DNA of 64,000 nt. It comes from Aplysia californica (Eukaryota). Below, in pieces: positions 62,801-64,000 of the stretch; the first letter of the stretch is position 1; each line of letters begins with the position of its first letter. Location of the stretch: the NCBI RefSeq assembly GCF_000002075.1, contig NW_004797314.1, positions 1,432,736-1,496,735 on the forward strand. The letters run 5' to 3'. The translations under genes were made by a program, and so were the position numbers. Under the pieces are notes generated by a model. It searched no databases, was not told where the DNA came from, and saw only the letters and a list, made by a program, of their open reading frames with translations.

Positions 62801-62939
62801 GAGTCATAGGGCCTGCGCTGGAAAGACTTGCCGGCACAGAAGAAGCCCTCATCACAGAGTCCAGTGGGGATCACATTGCCATGTCCCTCACAGTACTCAC
62901 CAGGAGGACAGTCCTGGCAGCTGGTCTCATTGGTAGCAC
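17048..62939 (-). CDS. Giant uncharacterised type-I membrane protein: Cys-rich GCC2_GCC3/Ephrin_rec_like repeats, one TM, long cytoplasmic coiled coil, C-terminal zincin-like domain; 5'-partial (46 exons, about 3,150 aa visible)
   Basis: 46 exons (listed individually as v1-v46) total 9446 nt. Every junction is GT-AG and phase-compatible, giving one open frame to TAA at 17048-17050. The first visible exon begins in phase 1, so the start codon and signal peptide lie beyond the window. Confidence 0.88.
17490..17630 (+). mobile_element. SINE central-domain fragment (Nin/Deu-type)
   Basis: CACCCAGGTGTGAATGGGTACC ... TGGCAGC..CTGTATG resembles the Nin/Deu-SINE core (recognised from memory). Confidence 0.5.
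17742..17887. mobile_element. TA-flanked MITE (family B), copy 1
   Basis: TACAGTGTAGTCTGCT ... AAGCAGACTCTACTATA; colinear with 25279-25458. Confidence 0.7.
18961..19121 (-). CDS. Giant TM protein exon v45
   Basis: NSAANQEQAAPSF...TPDSAQ; phase 1/0. Confidence 0.82.
19648..19799 (-). CDS. Giant TM protein exon v44
   Basis: IAKYNDFASLNKLQSMLGDMEDK; phase 2/1. Confidence 0.85.
20497..20799. mobile_element. piggyBac-like MITE, family copy 1
   Basis: TTAA-CTCTTTTATCTC ... GAGATAAAGAG-TTAA; colinear over its length with 58961-59249. Confidence 0.85.
20833..21124 (-). CDS. Giant TM protein exon v43
   Basis: DLRDDTSPEFQKEYQRALTVVCDDLF...ERMAQ; phase 1/2. Confidence 0.87.
21325..21537. mobile_element. 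piggyBac-like MITE
   Basis: TTAA-CCCCTTCACTGCTG ... CAGCAGTGAAGAGG-TTAA. Confidence 0.8.
21844..22176 (-). CDS. Giant TM protein exon v42 (C-terminal globular domain)
   Basis: DGFVDEREKSWEND...NMYRNSFAFDANNRILYL...VLVLTHCLAHIKS; phase 1/1. Confidence 0.88.
22499..22787 (-). CDS. Giant TM protein exon v41 (Pro/Ala-rich linker)
   Basis: ILALNQAL...LMSLLMASPLYQKLENMK; phase 0/1. Confidence 0.86.
23518..23569. repeat. (GT)n microsatellite
   Basis: Directly visible. Confidence 0.93.
23637..23906 (-). CDS. Giant TM protein exon v40 (coiled coil)
   Basis: ADLEKMKANGASKDEQDRLIKEHERSV...LQNDE; phase 0/0. Confidence 0.87.
23990..25052. mobile_element. Non-autonomous Tc1/mariner (pogo/Tigger-like) element
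   Basis: TA + CAGTAGTCTCCGCCTAAACGC ... GCGTTTAGACGGAGACTACTG + TA; subterminal GCGTGCGTTT repeats. Confidence 0.87.
25279..25458. mobile_element. TA-flanked MITE (family B), copy 2
   Basis: CAATGGAGTCTGC ... AAGCAGACTCCACTGTA. Confidence 0.7.
26428..26591 (-). CDS. Giant TM protein exon v39 (coiled coil; not in ORF track on this strand)
   Basis: FEKSEGKRVEAEVVSFAKELELETQKEKEKQEK...KEKMK; phase 1/0. Confidence 0.86.
27056..27203 (-). CDS. Giant TM protein exon v38 (coiled coil)
   Basis: EFAEALRQFSPD...MRREQE; phase 0/1. Confidence 0.87.
27805..27993 (-). CDS. Giant TM protein exon v37 (coiled coil)
   Basis: KLPLSPDEKAERRAALLNEQQ...LKEKHYK; phase 0/0. Confidence 0.87.
28400..28556 (-). mobile_element. 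tRNA-derived SINE remnant
   Basis: Minus strand ...TGGTGTAGTGGTTAGACAC...AGTTCAATTCG (A/B-box-like) without a complete cloverleaf. Confidence 0.4.
28853..28993 (-). CDS. Giant TM protein exon v36 (coiled coil)
   Basis: ELRDLEDEFATRKR...RHEQELAALE; phase 0/0. Confidence 0.87.
30207..30311 (-). CDS. Giant TM protein exon v35 (not in ORF track)
   Basis: AVQIEQKAIEEGIRENGEEDSDKVVEAVLARRHAQ; phase 0/0. Confidence 0.85.
31357..31560 (-). CDS. Giant TM protein exon v34 (coiled coil)
   Basis: LMAAHAQEVDALTERL...VRLKQ; phase 0/0. Confidence 0.87.
31986..32166. mobile_element. About 180-bp TA-flanked MITE (family A)
   Basis: TA-CAGTCGAAATTGTCT ... GCAGGTTCGACTG-TA; opposite orientation to 14419-14600. 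Confidence 0.78.
32172..32378 (-). CDS. Giant TM protein exon v33 (coiled coil)
   Basis: ERAQEELKKRHQTERDQL...QDEMAA; phase 0/0. Confidence 0.87.
33413..33754 (-). CDS. Giant TM protein exon v32 (coiled coil)
   Basis: LIALTPEADRLTAQRIVDQHRRRL...AMKRQQ; phase 0/0. Confidence 0.87.
34759..34965 (-). CDS. Giant TM protein exon v31 (coiled coil)
   Basis: LSSQLTQEGRHQDKERAL...KLSDQ; phase 0/0; an alternative in-frame acceptor would start the exon at 34953. Confidence 0.82.
35651..35854 (-). CDS. Giant TM protein exon v30 (coiled coil)
   Basis: EAVGTQGLVSEEKVKDL...QHDQERGQ; phase 0/0. Confidence 0.86.
36366..36560 (-). CDS. Giant TM protein exon v29
   Basis: ALEAGLPPPVRG...LTDQM; phase 0/0. Confidence 0.86.
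36564..36930. repeat. Degenerate tandem repeat, about 57-bp unit
   Basis: Recurrent CACAG(A/G)AAAATGAT..GA.A.AAAC unit; two clear copies (36564, 36621) and several decayed ones. Confidence 0.7.
37059..37234 (-). CDS. Giant TM protein exon v28 (coiled coil)
   Basis: DLKDGEIKEILSQHEKDL...RQMEDLRQKLAERRR; phase 1/0. Confidence 0.87.
37565..37875. mobile_element. piggyBac-like MITE
   Basis: TTAA-CCCTTCGAGCCCCA ... TGGGGCTGGAAGGG-TTAA. Confidence 0.8.
38213..38387 (-). CDS. Giant TM protein exon v27 (correct frame not in ORF track)
   Basis: ASGANGELLGRQNGERIQLEQELSREERDAMENLL...LESKLQ; phase 0/1. Confidence 0.85.
38964..39142 (-). CDS. Giant TM protein exon v26
   Basis: TSQGREDDLMAALKILLDKLNSG; phase 1/0. 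Confidence 0.85.
39562..39667 (+). pseudogene. Inverted, decayed duplicate of the acceptor and first 29 codons of exon v27 (pseudo-exon)
   Basis: Plus-strand ctaacatcttttatctcag|acctttggtgctaatggtgagctg... aligns without gaps to minus-strand 38406-38301; 88/106 identical by hand count; GAA>TAG stop in the copy. Confidence 0.9.
39687..40007 (-). CDS. Giant TM protein exon v25
   Basis: [40 protein letters not shown]; phase 1/1. Confidence 0.88.
40526..40596 (-). CDS. Giant TM protein exon v24
   Basis: KTDALGPRPGVEGAEADPILADK; phase 2/1 bridges its neighbours. Confidence 0.82.
40946..41132 (-). CDS. Giant TM protein exon v23 (transmembrane helix)
   Basis: LIAFFAALVLLLVVAVIVW then RPHDS...KHWKPQYRKLG; phase 1/2. 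Confidence 0.9.
42458..42606 (-). CDS. Giant TM protein exon v22 (not in ORF track on this strand)
   Basis: EVTIEVKATGTSC...NEEPDWGIIV; phase 2/1. Confidence 0.86.
42942..43108 (-). CDS. Giant TM protein exon v21 (membrane-proximal domain)
   Basis: VYVKNHLYNSNPTFDYGAF...FAHAFTAAGTYVFAD; phase 0/2. Confidence 0.88.
43585..43754 (-). CDS. Giant TM protein exon v20 (RRRLL site)
   Basis: DLPTLGSGVPIGRRRLLSTT...NPALCLELGEIVLF...SHYP; phase 1/0. Confidence 0.87.
44338..44467 (-). CDS. Giant TM protein exon v19
   Basis: TKTDVYGPSE...VINFFDTGVAGSVY; phase 0/1. Confidence 0.84.
45099..45249 (-). CDS. Giant TM protein exon v18
   Basis: CQCDNYKDYTEICNITCQ...GTTTAF; phase 2/0. Confidence 0.86.
45590..45990 (-). 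CDS. Giant TM protein exon v17 (Cys-rich)
   Basis: GMYGTRE...CPEGTYNDLEGQQYCRVCGSSA...CECLSGYIFYD; phase 0/2. Confidence 0.88.
46522..46742 (-). CDS. Giant TM protein exon v16 (Cys-rich repeat)
   Basis: YKADHPSG...CPAGYYG...CPIGSYCPEG; phase 1/0. Confidence 0.88.
46921..47005. repeat. (GT)n microsatellite
   Basis: Directly visible. Confidence 0.93.
47118..47299. mobile_element. About 180-bp TA-flanked MITE (family A)
   Basis: TATAGTGAAATTGTCC ... GCAGATTCGACTG-TA; colinear with 31986-32166. Confidence 0.72.
47728..47901 (-). CDS. Giant TM protein exon v15 (Cys-rich repeat)
   Basis: ASIEIDCRPGYFC...CLYPFYCPEG; phase 1/1. Confidence 0.88.
48209..48421 (-). CDS. Giant TM protein exon v14 (Cys-rich repeat)
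   Basis: MASYEWNLCPPGFFC...CRPGYYCPN; phase 1/1. Confidence 0.88.
48901..49062. mobile_element. About 160-bp TA-flanked MITE (family A)
   Basis: TA-CAGTTCAACCTGCTCTA...CACCTGTACAAATGGCCACT as in the 14419 copy; ends GACAATTTTGACTATA. Confidence 0.72.
49072..49227 (-). CDS. Giant TM protein exon v13 (Cys-rich repeat)
   Basis: TTNPEPCPVGQYC...CPAGYWCNYT; phase 1/1. Confidence 0.88.
50028..50287 (-). CDS. Giant TM protein exon v12 (Cys-rich repeat)
   Basis: NGQLYGNCSAGYYC...CPAGSLCPE; phase 2/1. Confidence 0.88.
51036..51144 (-). CDS. Giant TM protein exon v11 (Cys-rich repeat; not in ORF track)
   Basis: TVTPIPCADGTFTYDNMTKLQSQSDCLPCEAGQFC; phase 1/2. Confidence 0.86.
51697..52023 (-). CDS. 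Giant TM protein exon v10 (Cys-rich repeat)
   Basis: GQAETDCLPCPGGYYC...CPQYNFCPN; phase 1/1. Confidence 0.88.
52661..52993. mobile_element. piggyBac-like MITE
   Basis: TTAA-CTGATTCAGCCCGCAG ... CTGCGGGCTGAATCAG-TTAA, perfect 16-bp TIR. Confidence 0.85.
53027..53191 (-). CDS. Giant TM protein exon v9 (Cys-rich repeat; not in ORF track)
   Basis: DCDAGYFCEGGADSQAP...CILGHYCPQGTTIMVPCPAGTIRNNT; phase 1/1. Confidence 0.87.
53705..53845 (-). CDS. Giant TM protein exon v8 (Cys-rich repeat)
   Basis: YYCPEGQLVPCPAGTFNNIT; phase 1/1. Confidence 0.88.
54312..54532 (-). CDS. Giant TM protein exon v7 (Cys-rich repeat)
   Basis: YVCTGGSTVPTP...CPAGYFC...CPAGYMC; phase 2/1. Confidence 0.88.
55144..55364 (-). 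CDS. Giant TM protein exon v6 (Cys-rich repeat)
   Basis: VNTTDNSTFTGNDRCPIGYYC...CPRGRYC; phase 0/2. Confidence 0.88.
55624..55877 (-). CDS. Giant TM protein exon v5 (Cys-rich repeat)
   Basis: GPVSTPTPCPAGYYCPP...CWAGFYCTGG; phase 1/0. Confidence 0.88.
56260..56323. repeat. (CA)n microsatellite
   Basis: Directly visible. Confidence 0.93.
56541..56725. other. Assembly gap
   Basis: Run of N. Confidence 0.99.
56726..56871. repeat. Imperfect (GT)n microsatellite abutting a gap
   Basis: Directly visible. Confidence 0.92.
58961..59249. mobile_element. piggyBac-like MITE, family copy 2
   Basis: TTAA-CTCTTTATCTCCG ... CGGAGATAAAGAG-TTAA, perfect 13-bp TIR. Confidence 0.87.
60282..60503 (-). CDS. 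Giant TM protein exon v4 (Cys-rich repeat)
   Basis: LGNTVPTALCDPGYYCPGG...CSAGYYCDPNA; phase 1/1. Confidence 0.88.
61030..61221 (-). CDS. Giant TM protein exon v3 (Cys-rich repeat)
   Basis: NCSSGFYC...CPVGYYC...CTAGSYCQ; phase 1/1. Confidence 0.88.
61795..61970 (-). CDS. Giant TM protein exon v2 (Cys-rich repeat)
   Basis: DLYSNDTCTPMWDCVC...CPIGYYCPQG; acceptor ttccag at 61971 gives the phase 2 needed; phase 2/1. Confidence 0.82.
62768..62939 (-). CDS. Giant TM protein exon v1 (Cys-rich repeat)
   Basis: ATNETSCQDCPPGEYC...CDEGFFC; phase 1/2. Confidence 0.88.
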
Positions 62940-64000
62940 CTGAGTGCAGACAACAGAATGGTACCTCAACACTGAGTAACATTTTACCTTCACATGCCAC
63001 AGATAGAGCAAAATTCTATGTTGCATCAGAACAATTTATAAAAACCCTCCACTTCTAGAAACATGCTTTGGGCCACAGTGCAAAAGTTCATTATGGGCTG
63101 ATCAGTTAACAACGATTAACAACAAAAACAACAAAAAGTATTGAGATATAAACATGGATCATGAGACAACAAAAATATTTCAAAGTACAAGGAACTACAT
63201 GAGGCATACAAAGAGAAAATGGTGATTAATTTTTAAAAATGGGGGTAAAAACCATGATGGACAACTAGAGCATAACATTTTTTCTAACAAATGGCCATTT
63301 ACCTGTTGATAAATTATTGCAAGTCTTGTGCTGTGTGCCAGCACATACAGTTCAATAACGTCAGTCTTAAAGTTACTAGAGTGGCTTTTTTCCACATAGC
63401 ATTTAGTGCTGTCAGCATACTTTGAAGAGAAATTGGAGAAATTCGGGCTCATACAACCTCAGCGACATTATTCTCCTATGACAGGGGTTAAGCAGAAACA
63501 TAAAGATCCCAAAACATAATAATCCATGATTTAGCTGTTGTAGTGAAGAAGATTGTGATTCAGGCATATACAGCCAAGCGAAATGTGGTGATCTTGGCTC
63601 TGTTCACATCAGCAAAAGATTTTATTGAAGTTTCAAGGCCAAAAGTCCTACCTCTAAATAAGTGGCTAATAATGTGTTCCACAGGCCCCTTTTCAGGTCA
63701 AAGTAGAGAAAAACTTTCATCAGACTGATGTCGGCTGATATGAGAGAATAACTTGACAGTTTGGGACAGAAACAATAGTAAGATGGACTACCTAAAAGAT
63801 CTTACTAAAGGTTTTAAAAGTTAGCACTCTCTCAACCAGACCCTAACTAGTGAAAAGGTAGAGGAACATCGGATCCGTCACCCTTATATTTGCATGCATC
63901 TGTGTCATAATAGTAACTCTTTTTGCCTTGCACGCAAAACATATTTAATCTATCCACAACATTGGAAGATACTTTATCGAGTATCACAGCCTTTCTGGTG

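Noticed and set aside
63195-63452. Minus-strand ORF as a possible further upstream exon
   Set aside because: No Cys-repeat or signal-peptide character, and its putative donor would be phase 0, whereas v1 needs phase 1.
1-64000. Prokaryotic systems (CRISPR arrays, operons, defence islands) or an autonomous transposase/reverse transcriptase
   Set aside because: The sequence is spliceosomal-intron eukaryotic DNA; no repeat-spacer array and no long transposon ORF seen.

Overview
Eukaryotic, AT-rich, intron-rich animal genomic DNA with four assembly gaps. An invertebrate, possibly a mollusc, is suggested by the repeat landscape, but this is not provable from the window. There are two convergent protein-coding genes, both spliced by hand with GT-AG introns and phase-consistent junctions. 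(1) A complete 9-exon threonine synthase-like 2 (THNSL2-like) CDS on + (2549-12487, 473 aa). (2) On -, the 3' 46 exons (17048-62939, about 3,150 aa visible; the N-terminus lies beyond 64000) of a giant uncharacterised single-pass membrane protein. Its architecture is: a long array of Cys-rich CPxGxYC (GCC2_GCC3/Ephrin_rec_like-type) repeats; an RRRLL putative proprotein-convertase site; a membrane-proximal beta domain; one TM helix; a conserved-looking juxtamembrane segment; a roughly 1,000-aa coiled coil with a recurring H-x16-RQ-x3-L-x2-KL motif; and a C-terminal domain resembling a zincin with HExxH changed to HCLAH. An intron of this gene carries an inverted, decayed copy of exon v27 and its splice acceptor, placed so that RNA pairing could give in-frame skipping of two exons. 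Introns hold many non-autonomous DNA transposons (TTAA/piggyBac-like and TA/Tc1-mariner-like MITEs), SINE remnants and microsatellites. All identities and lengths are hand counts.
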